A stretch of DNA of 31,303 nucleotides from a virus (taxonomy: Duplodnaviria > Caudoviricetes). The notes under the pieces are model-generated. The model was not told the DNA's origin. It saw nothing but the letters and a program-made list of their open reading frames with translations, and did not search any database. Numbering within the stretch: the stretch's first letter is position 1; each line of letters opens with the position of its first letter. Positions 6,601 through 15,718 of this stretch are shown piece by piece. The position numbers and the translations under genes are program-made. Location: IMG/VR virus record IMGVR_UViG_3300030397_000744, positions 1 through 31,303 of that record. One strand, given 5' to 3'.

Positions 6601-6927
6601 TTATTTGATTAGATTCTTTATATTTTTGTAAGTGTTGTTTGGGCTAGAGGAAATATTGACCTTTGTTTTATCGTCTGATAATTTTTCTTCGATTTTTTGC
6701 AGCTCCTCCTCGTTGAAGGTGTAAAGTTGTTCTGTTTTTCCATCGACGTTTTGATCTACGACAACGCCACCGGACTCATCGGATTTCTGCTTATTAAAAC
6801 CGATATCACCGCAGTATTCTTTGCCCTCGTCTTTGTAACAAAAACCTATGGAGTCAATGGGCACACTGCTGCAACCTGTGCAAGAAAATAAGTACGATAA
6901 AATAATCAATATTGGGATAAGTTTCAT
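6601..6927 (-). CDS. Putative lipoprotein (108 aa)
   Basis: MK + hydrophobic core + lipobox-like LFSC/TGC; GGAG RBS; two further Cys. Confidence 0.75.
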   Translation of the reverse strand: MKLIPILIILSYLFSCTGCSSVPIDSIGFCYKDEGKEYCGDIGFNKQKSDESGGVVVDQNVDGKTEQLYTFNEEELQKIEEKLSDDKTKVNISSSPNNTYKNIKNLIK

Positions 6928-6949
6928 AATTATGCTCCGTGTTTTAAAT

Positions 6950-6989
6950 AAACCTTTGCATTACAAAGGTTTTCGTTTTTATAAAAACG
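6950..6989. promoter_or_regulatory. Two adjacent dyads between the kinase and lipoprotein genes
   Basis: AAACCTTTG-N5-CAAAGGTTT (6950-6972) and the perfect palindrome CGTTTTTATAAAAACG (6974-6989). Confidence 0.5.
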
Positions 6990-7004
6990 GTAAATAAAAT
7001 GGCT

Positions 7005-8591
7005 CTAATACATATTTCGATTTTTTGTGATGTTGTGAACCATCAATAAGGATCTTGCGAAATTCTTTTTTCTTTCGTCTTTAATATTCTCTAAGACCTT
7101 TTCTATATCGAGAGGGTCTTTCTTTTTCTCTAATCGTCCAACGGCCTCTAGTCTCTGTGATATTTTTTTGTTTTTATCTTCCTTAGGTATAATTTCAGGG
7201 ATGATCTTATCAGCAACTTTTGGGATTGTTTCTTTTGCAACTTCTGGAAGGGCTTCGCGCAAAGCTTTCTCCACAGTCTCTTTTATTTCGATCATAGCCT
7301 CGCTAACCGCTTCTTGTATATCCGAAGAACTTCCGCGGCTAATCTGTTCTTGTTCTTTTTTGTCTTTGGGCTCTTCGTCTTGTATTATTACCTCTGTGTC
7401 TTGGTGATAATTAACTTGATCTATAGTGCATTGATAGGACTTTTGTAGATATTTCGCAATGTCTGTAGACATCTGCACAAGATGCTCGTAATTTCCGCTA
7501 TCGCTCTGTCTAGTTGCTTTTTTGAATATTTCTCGCAAATCTGGACACATAATTTCTTGAGGTGGGAATAGATGTAATTGGTTTTGCCTTGGATCGCCAC
7601 GTAAGCCTGGAAAATTTTCAGTTATTATGTTGTGCATTAGAATTCCAATGCTCCATATATCGCTCTTATAATTTCTAGCGATATAGTTATCTTTTTGTTC
7701 CGGAGCACTGTAAACAGGGTTATATCTAACATCTTCTGAAACACTGTGCCCTATGTGCCATAGAGGATTTTTAGAATAGCTAAAATCTATTAATATTACC
7801 TCGTCTTGCATATCTCCGTTACGATCTTGAAATTCTTTTATCATGATATTTTTATCAGATATGTCTGAGTGCATGAATTTTTCTTTATGGAAGCATTCCC
7901 ATAAAAAATGACACATTTTTGCGAGAACTTTAATTTTTCTAAAATCACTCTTTCCTTCAGCCCAATGCTGTGCTGTTTGAGCTTCTACGTATTCATACAC
8001 AACCCAGCAGAACTTAATTAATCCAGGATCTTTATATTTTATTTTTCCCTTCTTTTTGTATTCGATAAAAGCTTGAAATTCTTCTGGCTTATCTTCTTCC
8101 ACGTAAAAAGGGTGATCAAAAACAGCAGGGACATAGCCTATTCCCTTAAATTTTTTTGCTCTATAGTGAGCATCGTTTTGTATGTCAATACTCCTTTTAA
8201 AAAACTCCATCCCACGTGACATTTTGTGATTTTTGTATACCATAGAAAGACTATTAGACCTGTTAAGTCTAACATCAGAATAGATGTCCATTTGCTCATT
8301 GTCTATTCCGGGCTTTCTCGTTTTCACTTTAGATTTTTGTTTTGTTAAAGGTTTTCCTAGATTTGAGAAAGGGAATTTAACTATTACTATGTTGTCTGTT
8401 TTAAGATATTTAGCCTTGTAGACAACACTTTCCCCAAATATTCCTATGGGGCAAAGGTATTCATATACTTGTGGGATTTTGGAAAAAAGCACCCTGGTTT
8501 TATTTCTGTTTTTTGGGGTGTGCAGCTCTTGAGGAGTATATTTATTTGTTTTAAAATCTTTTAAGACACCACCATAAGTATTGAAAAGCAT
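7005..8591 (-). CDS. Hanks-type Ser/Thr protein kinase with a charged C-terminal tail
   Basis: Subdomains in order: IGIFGESVVYKA (I), VIVKF (II), HSDISDKNIMI (VIb), IDFS (VII), YSAPEQ (VIII), SDIWSIG (IX). Confidence 0.88.
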   Translation of the reverse strand: MLFNTYGGVLKDFKTNKYTPQELHTPKNRNKTRVLFSKIPQVYEYLCPIGIFGESVVYKAKYLKTDNIVIVKFPFSNLGKPLTKQKSKVKTRKPGIDNEQMDIYSDVRLNRSNSLSMVYKNHKMSRGMEFFKRSIDIQNDAHYRAKKFKGIGYVPAVFDHPFYVEEDKPEEFQAFIEYKKKGKIKYKDPGLIKFCWVVYEYVEAQTAQHWAEGKSDFRKIKVLAKMCHFLWECFHKEKFMHSDISDKNIMIKEFQDRNGDMQDEVILIDFSYSKNPLWHIGHSVSEDVRYNPVYSAPEQKDNYIARNYKSDIWSIGILMHNIITENFPGLRGDPRQNQLHLFPPQEIMCPDLREIFKKATRQSDSGNYEHLVQMSTDIAKYLQKSYQCTIDQVNYHQDTEVIIQDEEPKDKKEQEQISRGSSSDIQEAVSEAMIEIKETVEKALREALPEVAKETIPKVADKIIPEIIPKEDKNKKISQRLEAVGRLEKKKDPLDIEKVLENIKDERKKNFARSLLMVHNITKNRNMY

Positions 8592-8595
8592 AGTT

Positions 8596-9129
8596 TTACC
8601 CCTTTATATTTTCAATACTGTGTTCAAATATTTCTTCTATCTTACCTTTTGGGAAAAGAAATTTGTTTATATGAAGGTACACTCCATATATAAAAGCAAG
8701 AATTGCAGCAGGCCAATTACCCCAGAACAGCATTGTGACAGACAAAAAATAACCACCATTACTGAAAACGTTTACGCTGTCAGAGCTTGACAATATCGTT
8801 TTTCCCTGCTCATTTATAGATCGCAAATCTTTTTCTGGAAGATAGCTTTTTGCAAAAGACAAAAAACCCGATCCTAATATTAGAACTAAAAATAGCCCTA
8901 CGTCTTGCAGTCCACCAACCATATCACCACTGATGAACCTGGATATTGCTTCATTGAAAAACCAAGACGCAGTTCCCACTGCTCCAACTCCCATTGTTGC
9001 AACGATAGGGCGAATGTTTCGTTTACTCTCTTTCACTACGACTTTCGCGCTTTCTTTTATGCTGGCGGTTTTTTTGATTTCTTTGTTTATGCCGCTTAGC
9101 TCTTCCATTGCTTCCTGATCACTCTTCAT
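8596..9129 (-). CDS. Membrane protein (177 aa, 3-4 hydrophobic segments), possibly holin-like
   Basis: Hydrophobic segments with charged termini; located after the tail genes. The holin role is positional inference only. Confidence 0.7.
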   Translation of the reverse strand: MKSDQEAMEELSGINKEIKKTASIKESAKVVVKESKRNIRPIVATMGVGAVGTASWFFNEAISRFISGDMVGGLQDVGLFLVLILGSGFLSFAKSYLPEKDLRSINEQGKTILSSSDSVNVFSNGGYFLSVTMLFWGNWPAAILAFIYGVYLHINKFLFPKGKIEEIFEHSIENIKG

Positions 9130-9292
9130 CTAAGCTTTCTCCCATCAAAATGCGACCAGCTTCACGCATAGCTTGACGGGCTTTTTTGTCTTCAAAAAAA
9201 TCCTCGTCTTCTTTAATGAAGCTTTTCATTAGCTCACAAAGGCTATCAATAGCCCGTTCTAAGAGCATCGCAAGCTTTTGTTCTACACCCAT
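9119..9292 (-). CDS. Hypothetical acidic protein (57 aa, MGVEQKLAMLLERAIDSL...)
   Basis: Read manually. AAGGT RBS; fills the gap and overlaps the next start by 11 nt. Confidence 0.7.
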   Translation of the reverse strand: MGVEQKLAMLLERAIDSLCELMKSFIKEDEDFFEDKKARQAMREAGRILMGESLDEE

Positions 9293-9316
9293 TTTATTTA
9301 CCTTTTTTAGCTTTGA

Positions 9317-9961
9317 TTACTTAGCGTCTTCAAACAGTCTTTTACCAGCTTCTTTGACTCTGTTATCGACCTCATCGAATCTTTTTTCCAGTTTTGTGTT
9401 CTGATCAGATAGCTCTTTTATCTTTTGTTCGTAATTTTTCGTCGAATATTCTAAAACCACATCTGTGTCTTTGTCAGCCGGAGCTTTTAAGGTAACCTCT
9501 ATTTTTCCCGACACGAAACGGCCAGACTCGACATCACCATTGAACTGATTGTTTTCGTATTTTACGAGGTTTGCTTTTCCATCTTTTGTGTAATGGATTT
9601 CGCATATCTTTTTTGGATCAGGAAAATGGAATGAGTAAACACGATTTTTTCCATCGCCCGTTTGTTTTTGTCGTATTCTTCCAGAGACTTTTTCTTCTAA
9701 AGATCGCAATCTATTACCATGTGATCTATGATTTTCTTCGGAACTTGTGTTTTTAGATTCGAGTTCTTTTATTTTTTCTTGTAGGCTAGATTTTTCTTTT
9801 TCTAGAGTATCTATTCTGTCTTTTAGTGTGGTTAGATTTTGTAACTGAGAAATTTTCCCTTCTATCGTATCTATAAGCTTTTTGGCTTTTCCCTCAGAGT
9901 CGTTTATTTTTTTATCTATAGCTTTGGTGATCTCTTGCTCGATCATCTGTCCCATTGACAT
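9317..9961 (-). CDS. Coiled-coil protein with a central beta-rich domain (214 aa)
   Basis: AAGGAG RBS; heptad-rich N- and C-termini. Confidence 0.8.
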   Translation of the reverse strand: MSMGQMIEQEITKAIDKKINDSEGKAKKLIDTIEGKISQLQNLTTLKDRIDTLEKEKSSLQEKIKELESKNTSSEENHRSHGNRLRSLEEKVSGRIRQKQTGDGKNRVYSFHFPDPKKICEIHYTKDGKANLVKYENNQFNGDVESGRFVSGKIEVTLKAPADKDTDVVLEYSTKNYEQKIKELSDQNTKLEKRFDEVDNRVKEAGKRLFEDAK

Positions 9962-9986
9962 AACTAAAACTCCTTTATAAAAATTG

Positions 9987-10496
9987 TTAACTGATTAATC
10001 CAAGTGTTCGAAGATCTGCTACGATTGTTCCGACTATGTCAGCGAGTTCAGGAAGTGTTACAGTGTCAGCATCAAAAGATCTTGACGTTGTAACGTTGGA
10101 CTCACTATATGTTTGCAAGCTAGTTGCAAGTCTCTTCAGTGTGAGGTCCCAGTTAGAACCATCAAAAGTTACATAAGTGTTTTCGTCCTCAAGCCAAGCG
10201 GTCATGCCCTCAGTAGCTGTTGCAAAAATCCAAGCTGTATTGTTATCATCCCAAATTGCAATATTGTTTGCCTGGCCAGCCCAATCTCCAGATGGAGAAC
10301 TACCAACAATATATCTGTCACCATCTGAAGGGGATCCAGGAGGAGAGTTAAGATCTCGATCTTTTGCTGGAAATTGCCATGGTTGTTTTTGGAATAGCTC
10401 TTGGTTGAGTTTTTGAAAATTCGCGGTGTAGATATCGTTATATCCTTGGCCACCGGTCGCAACTGTTTCTATTTTGCTAGGTTGTAATACTGTCAT
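9987..10496 (-). CDS. DUF2793-domain tail-associated protein
   Basis: PPGSPSDGDRYIVGSSPSGDWAGQANNIAIW...W.F....EG..AW..DE is the DUF2793 signature; follows the J-like gene. Confidence 0.85.
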   Translation of the reverse strand: MTVLQPSKIETVATGGQGYNDIYTANFQKLNQELFQKQPWQFPAKDRDLNSPPGSPSDGDRYIVGSSPSGDWAGQANNIAIWDDNNTAWIFATATEGMTAWLEDENTYVTFDGSNWDLTLKRLATSLQTYSESNVTTSRSFDADTVTLPELADIVGTIVADLRTLGLIS

Positions 10497-12787
10497 GCTA
10501 TGTACTCTCCATTTGCAGACCCAACCGAAACAGTTAAGCCGCTTGATTCAAATGCGTTTAGCCTTGATTTAACTGTAATATCAACATCCCCTGTAAAATT
10601 TATTCTAAAACTACTGATAGTTTTTATTTCTGTGGTACTATCATAAGACACAACAAAATCACCTAGGAAAGGGTACGGTTTTGGGGTATCTGTGACTGTA
10701 ACTAGGTCATCACTAGCACCATTTACACCAGGTGTATTTGGGTGTATTTGTACATCAATATTCGACGAACTTGTTCGTGTTGCAACTATACGCGCTGGAT
10801 TGCGTGGTTTTTTGGCTTTGCTTGTAGTTGTTACCGATATTGGAGTTACTAAAGAAGCATCTAGAACATTGTTGTTAAATCTTGGTAGTATCTTTACATG
10901 AAAGTCTGTAAAACCTGGGTTTTCAATTACATTAGAACTAATAAAAGCAAGGTATACCTCATCATTTACAGAGTGGCTTTGTATAGGAGTGTTAAAAGCA
11001 CCACGACGTATCCCTGTTAGTGTTATCGTTCCATCTAGATTTTTGGTAACTGTTTGGAAATACATCAATTCATCATTTATGCAAATAATTCTTTGCACAG
11101 AAAATAGTTGATCTCTGCTTATAGTATCGAATTCATCAAAGTCATTTTTAGGCTGGAAGGTTATTCCTATGGTGTCATCTATTTGGTAAGTGTTATCAGG
11201 GTATGATATAGTGAGAAATCCATTTTGCGAAAAAGTGCTAAAAGTTCCTTTTGCATCGAAAGCACTTGATGAGTTATCACTAATAAGAACATCATAGGAC
11301 ACTTCGAAACCTTTTTCTCTGCTAGCAAATATAATAAAAGCTGGTGTATCTTGAGTAAATTGGTTGTATGGCACCTCAAATATTTTTATTTTTGTTAGTG
11401 CGATTGGGGCCGTATCTAAATCAGTAGTGTTGTTATCAAATCTAACCTCGAAAACGTCGTCATGCAGTCCTTCGACAAATTGCCTTGCTTCTATATTTAC
11501 ATTGACCTCATCGACCTTTGGAAGATTTATCTTGGTAATTCTGAAATCTGCTGACACAATGCCAAACTTAGGATGATTTATTGTGATAATATCCCCTGGC
11601 TCTAATGTCATATAGCGCAATCCAACCTCTATAGATATTTGCAAAGATGGATAACTTTCTCTTTTTGCAATTTCGAATAGTCTTTTGCTTGCTGTTTCTT
11701 TATCTCTAAAGCACTTCAAATCGATACTTGTCGGGTTTTCGGTATCAGAGATAAAAATTGCTGCAGGATTTTCAACACTTATTGTTCTATCTGAGAAATC
11801 AAGTTCTTCTGAAATAAAAGTTGCATTGAATACGTTCGGAACTGCTTTCCAAGGTTTTTTGGAGAAACTGAATTTTCTCATATCTGCTTTGTTTATAGTG
11901 ACAACACTTGTATCAGTACCTTCTAGAGCTCTAACCTTCCATTGCCCCAAATTATTTCGATACAACATGCCATCAACGTATCCAAGTATTTTGTTTATGG
12001 CATTTTCAACGTTACCTTTTTCACCAAATATTAGGTTAAGGCCGTATCCCTTTGTGTTCCATGTGCCAGCAGCAGTAACAAATGATGTCAAATCAATTCT
12101 TGAATCACTTTCATCTGCTGTTTTTAAAATATCGTGAGCAAAAGCTGCTGGATTGCTACCATTGCTCATATTGCTATTTGCTATAGTCCCATCATAAACT
12201 TTCTCTGTTACAAAGTTTATTGTTGGGATAGTGTTTACATTATCGCCTAACCTAAAACGCTCATAGGCAATATGAGACAAGCCTGGATTAGCTGTTGCTC
12301 CTGGTGACCAATCAGGGAAATTTGTATCATCACCATCATTAAAAACAGTTTCACTTGCTCTTGCGCTTGCATCCTCTTCTTTGTCGTTGATGTAAGTTTT
12401 TATAAGATTGACATTTCCAATGCATATTCCAAACCATAAATCTGCAAAATAACGATATCCTGCTGTTGCAGCAGATGAAGATCCAAAGCCTTTCCCACCT
12501 TCTGCCTCTAATCTCTTTGTTTTCAAATTTCTAATGTCAAGATTATTTCCGGCATGTCTCACACGCCCACAAGTGTGGAACACCGTAAGCGCTTCCTTTG
12601 ATTGACTTTGCCTGAACACATCAATACTATTAGGCTTTTGTGCGTCTTGGTTCTGGTTTCTACTAGCCAGCAATGCAAAGCCTATTCCTATTACAGTACT
12701 TGCAATAGCTCCTGCAATAGTAAGCTCTACAACACCACCCAAAAAAGGAGTGTAAAAGTCGAAAATATTAATGACATCTGAAAACAT
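10493..12787 (-). CDS. Tail tip / central fibre protein (J-like, Phage-tail_3)
   Basis: 764 aa; GGKG...GYRYF motif, NPA motif, LEPGDII and RGAFNT motifs; position after NlpC/P60. Confidence 0.85.
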   Translation of the reverse strand: MFSDVINIFDFYTPFLGGVVELTIAGAIASTVIGIGFALLASRNQNQDAQKPNSIDVFRQSQSKEALTVFHTCGRVRHAGNNLDIRNLKTKRLEAEGGKGFGSSSAATAGYRYFADLWFGICIGNVNLIKTYINDKEEDASARASETVFNDGDDTNFPDWSPGATANPGLSHIAYERFRLGDNVNTIPTINFVTEKVYDGTIANSNMSNGSNPAAFAHDILKTADESDSRIDLTSFVTAAGTWNTKGYGLNLIFGEKGNVENAINKILGYVDGMLYRNNLGQWKVRALEGTDTSVVTINKADMRKFSFSKKPWKAVPNVFNATFISEELDFSDRTISVENPAAIFISDTENPTSIDLKCFRDKETASKRLFEIAKRESYPSLQISIEVGLRYMTLEPGDIITINHPKFGIVSADFRITKINLPKVDEVNVNIEARQFVEGLHDDVFEVRFDNNTTDLDTAPIALTKIKIFEVPYNQFTQDTPAFIIFASREKGFEVSYDVLISDNSSSAFDAKGTFSTFSQNGFLTISYPDNTYQIDDTIGITFQPKNDFDEFDTISRDQLFSVQRIICINDELMYFQTVTKNLDGTITLTGIRRGAFNTPIQSHSVNDEVYLAFISSNVIENPGFTDFHVKILPRFNNNVLDASLVTPISVTTTSKAKKPRNPARIVATRTSSSNIDVQIHPNTPGVNGASDDLVTVTDTPKPYPFLGDFVVSYDSTTEIKTISSFRINFTGDVDITVKSRLNAFESSGLTVSVGSANGEYIA

Positions 12788-13247
12788 AAGTTGCTTTATC
12801 TTTCCAATTAGAGAAACGTGTTATGTGAACATTTTTACCTGCTATAGCATGAACAAGGTCATCGTTGCTCATTTTTAGCGCTGTATGGTTCGTTAATCCT
12901 TTTGTGTTTAGGCAAAAGCCTATAATGTCGCCAAATTCTAATTTGAATAGTGGGCTATATCGAAACAGTGAAAATTTTCTTGTGCAATACTTTGCGAGCT
13001 GCGTAGTGAAAGATTGAATCACTATCTCTTGATTACCATGAACCATCCAATCTTTGGAATAATTAAAGCTGTCAATTTTTCGCATTAATCCAAGTTCTAT
13101 CCATATAAATGCCATAAGCTTAGTGCAATCAACACCTGCTTTGTTTTCTCCCATGTGGTGATAAGGAGTGCCAATCCAACCTTGCACAACTTCACAAAGT
13201 CTTGCACACTTTTGCACATCATCAAAATAACTTGGTAATTGCTTCAT
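12768..13247 (-). CDS. NlpC/P60-family tail-associated peptidase (start re-assigned to MKQLPSYF)
   Basis: WIGTPYHH, GVDC (Cys), NHTAL (His), LVHA; ATGA overlap with the upstream stop at 13244. Confidence 0.85.
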   Translation of the reverse strand: MKQLPSYFDDVQKCARLCEVVQGWIGTPYHHMGENKAGVDCTKLMAFIWIELGLMRKIDSFNYSKDWMVHGNQEIVIQSFTTQLAKYCTRKFSLFRYSPLFKLEFGDIIGFCLNTKGLTNHTALKMSNDDLVHAIAGKNVHITRFSNWKDKATYVFRCH

Positions 13248-14080
13248 TCTGTAAACCCAAAAATTGCATGATTTGTTGATGGTATGTTTTGAAATCCCCC
13301 CCATCTCGCAACGTTGTTAAATTTGTTTTCGCATGTATCTCGGCTCTTGTCATCACCTGGATAAGCATTTACACTTGAGCCATTTACTAACCTAGAATCA
13401 AAAGGTTGTTGCAAAGTTATTGTGTCACCAGAATGATTTGTTATCCATCTTGCATTGTTACCAAAAATAACGAATCCAAAAGTTAGCCAATCGTCATTAA
13501 TTGAGTCAAAATAGCTTTGCGTCATCCAGCTAGGTTTTTGGTCAAAAATTGAGCTAACCAAAGTACTTCCTGATATTGTTACGGGTGCAACAACTTCAAA
13601 ATCTTCTCTATTTAGTCCACAATTTTTTCGAAAAGTTGCAAAAGGGCAAGATGACTGGTATTGTCTACCAGGAAACTCCGCACGTAATATTTCTGTGTTC
13701 GCCTGGAAGGTTATCTTTACAGAGTTGCTTTGATCATCCCCAGAAATATCCATATATTTGCCACGAAATATTTGGTAGGAAAAACCTGAATCTATAAACA
13801 AAGTAGATATGTCTATCTCTATATCTTCAATTGGGTTACTAACAATAAACTGTAGAACAAAATCAACAACAGGCAATGTTATTTCTATTTGATCAGAACT
13901 TGTTTGGCTGTCATTTTCGTAACTGCTTCTGTCTATAGATCTTTTGATATACGTGTTACCACCAAAAGTTATAGAACGCGAATAATTAGTATAGTAGTAT
14001 ATGTCGTCTCCCACAGTAAACTTGAACAGTTCTGCAATGTTTGGTATCTCTGTTTTTGCTACTTCATCGCTGTAGGTCAT
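13244..14080 (-). CDS. Phage BR0599/DUF2163-family baseplate hub protein
   Basis: ELFKF N-terminus; C-terminal YPGDDKSRDTCENKFNN...GGF.NIP motif. Confidence 0.85.
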   Translation of the reverse strand: MTYSDEVAKTEIPNIAELFKFTVGDDIYYYTNYSRSITFGGNTYIKRSIDRSSYENDSQTSSDQIEITLPVVDFVLQFIVSNPIEDIEIDISTLFIDSGFSYQIFRGKYMDISGDDQSNSVKITFQANTEILRAEFPGRQYQSSCPFATFRKNCGLNREDFEVVAPVTISGSTLVSSIFDQKPSWMTQSYFDSINDDWLTFGFVIFGNNARWITNHSGDTITLQQPFDSRLVNGSSVNAYPGDDKSRDTCENKFNNVARWGGFQNIPSTNHAIFGFTE

Positions 14081-14688
14081 TATGCTTCCCCATATTCCTC
14101 TATGAGCTCACGAACTAAAACTCGCGTTTCTGATATAATTGGTGATTTATTAGTAAAATCTAAAGCGTCTTTATCAAAACGAACCAACAACATAAGTGAA
14201 CACATGACAATATCTTCTTTTGTTATAGATATCGTTATATTTGAGGACAAAGTTATAGTTGTTTCTCCAACAGAAGATATCTGCCTTGATATCATGTCTC
14301 CATTTTTCAGCAATAAATACAGTCTTTCATGTCCAAACAGTTCAAATTTATTTTCAGCAACAGTGATTGCATTCGAATTTATAATAATATCCTCTGTTAC
14401 AGTAAAACGGTTGATAGGGAGAGGAAACCAGAATCTCCGATATCGACCACGGAATTCGAAAAACTTACCTAAAAACTCTTTTTCCTTGAGTTTAGAAAAG
14501 AAGGTAACTAAAAATTCGAATGTCTCTGGCAAATTTTCACTGTTGTTGGTTAGGCGGATCGCAGTACCAGGGAATTCTAAAATAGTACGAGATGACAAAA
14601 AGTCTCTCTTTGGCAATTCGCGCCAGTTTACCTCTTCATCTAGTCTAAGTACCTGTGTTGTTCCTAAGTCTTGAAGATCATCCGCCAT
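14080..14688 (-). CDS. Tail tip structural protein (distal-tail-like, second part)
   Basis: FF...RGR...FW.P and LVRF..D motifs; synteny. Confidence 0.7.
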   Translation of the reverse strand: MADDLQDLGTTQVLRLDEEVNWRELPKRDFLSSRTILEFPGTAIRLTNNSENLPETFEFLVTFFSKLKEKEFLGKFFEFRGRYRRFWFPLPINRFTVTEDIIINSNAITVAENKFELFGHERLYLLLKNGDMISRQISSVGETTITLSSNITISITKEDIVMCSLMLLVRFDKDALDFTNKSPIISETRVLVRELIEEYGEA

Positions 14689-15718
14689 CGACTATTATCT
14701 CTCTAAACTCCATATCAACCTCATCTATACTAGAACCTATATCAGAAAAAGACTTTGTTGTTATAATTCCTATCATGACAGGGTAAATCTCCGTCGTTTG
14801 AGGTTGGAAATCAAAGTTACACGCCAAATTAACATCTATCGAATCGCTATTTAACTGAGAAATTTCCTTAATCTCTTGTTTAGAATAGTCTTCCATGTCT
14901 CTAACTAAAATTAAATCTGATATACTTAAATTTATGTATTCGCTAGGGTTCTCTAAAGTTGGAATATTTGTTAGTCCCTGCAATGCTGTATCTGTTGTTA
15001 TCCTTTCTGTCCAGATTGGAATGCCGACTATCTTTTTCCAAAGCCTACGCAGCTCGTTATAAAAAAGTTCCAAGTCAATTTCTTTTTCCGTAAAAAGAGC
15101 TTTTATGTTACGCAAAGGAATCTCATACAACGCTTTTCTTTGTTCTTTCATACTTGTTGATCTAAATATTTTAGTTTCAAACAAATATGATATTTGTGGC
15201 TTCTTTTTCCAATCGGGTACAAAGTTAAATGCTTCAACTCTCCGGCCCGAAAATTTGATAGTGAAGGTATCGGATCCGATTGTGTAGATGACACTACTCT
15301 CTTGAACAGGTGGACCATCCTCCGTAACCGTTATATTGAATTTTTTTTCATATATTCTGGGAATTACCACAGGAATAGTAAAAGAACTGTGGCTTAAACC
15401 TTCAGGGCTAGTAATTTGTATCTGCGTAATACTAGCTTCAGAATCAAGTTTTGCATTCCATATGTGTACCTCTTGGACAAAATCTTCAACAATTAAACCT
15501 AAGCTTATTTCTCCGGTAGGATAAAGGTATACATTCCCAAAAATTTCATCAGATATACAACTAACTTTTTTTGCAGTGTAGCTCAATCCATGAGCCGTCA
15601 TATTGACATTCATATAAGAACCATGTTTGGTGTCAGAATCGAATAGGCTCGAAAAACCTTGGTCAAAATCTACATTGCTGTCACTATTCTTTATGTTTTC
15701 AACATATTCAAATGACAT
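14678..15718 (-). CDS. Tail tip structural protein (distal-tail-like, first part)
   Basis: HIWNA, PDW, and F.T.IF.S...KEQR.AL...P.R motifs as in D3112/YuA-like virion proteins; synteny. Confidence 0.72.
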   Translation of the reverse strand: MSFEYVENIKNSDSNVDFDQGFSSLFDSDTKHGSYMNVNMTAHGLSYTAKKVSCISDEIFGNVYLYPTGEISLGLIVEDFVQEVHIWNAKLDSEASITQIQITSPEGLSHSSFTIPVVIPRIYEKKFNITVTEDGPPVQESSVIYTIGSDTFTIKFSGRRVEAFNFVPDWKKKPQISYLFETKIFRSTSMKEQRKALYEIPLRNIKALFTEKEIDLELFYNELRRLWKKIVGIPIWTERITTDTALQGLTNIPTLENPSEYINLSISDLILVRDMEDYSKQEIKEISQLNSDSIDVNLACNFDFQPQTTEIYPVMIGIITTKSFSDIGSSIDEVDMEFREIIVDGG

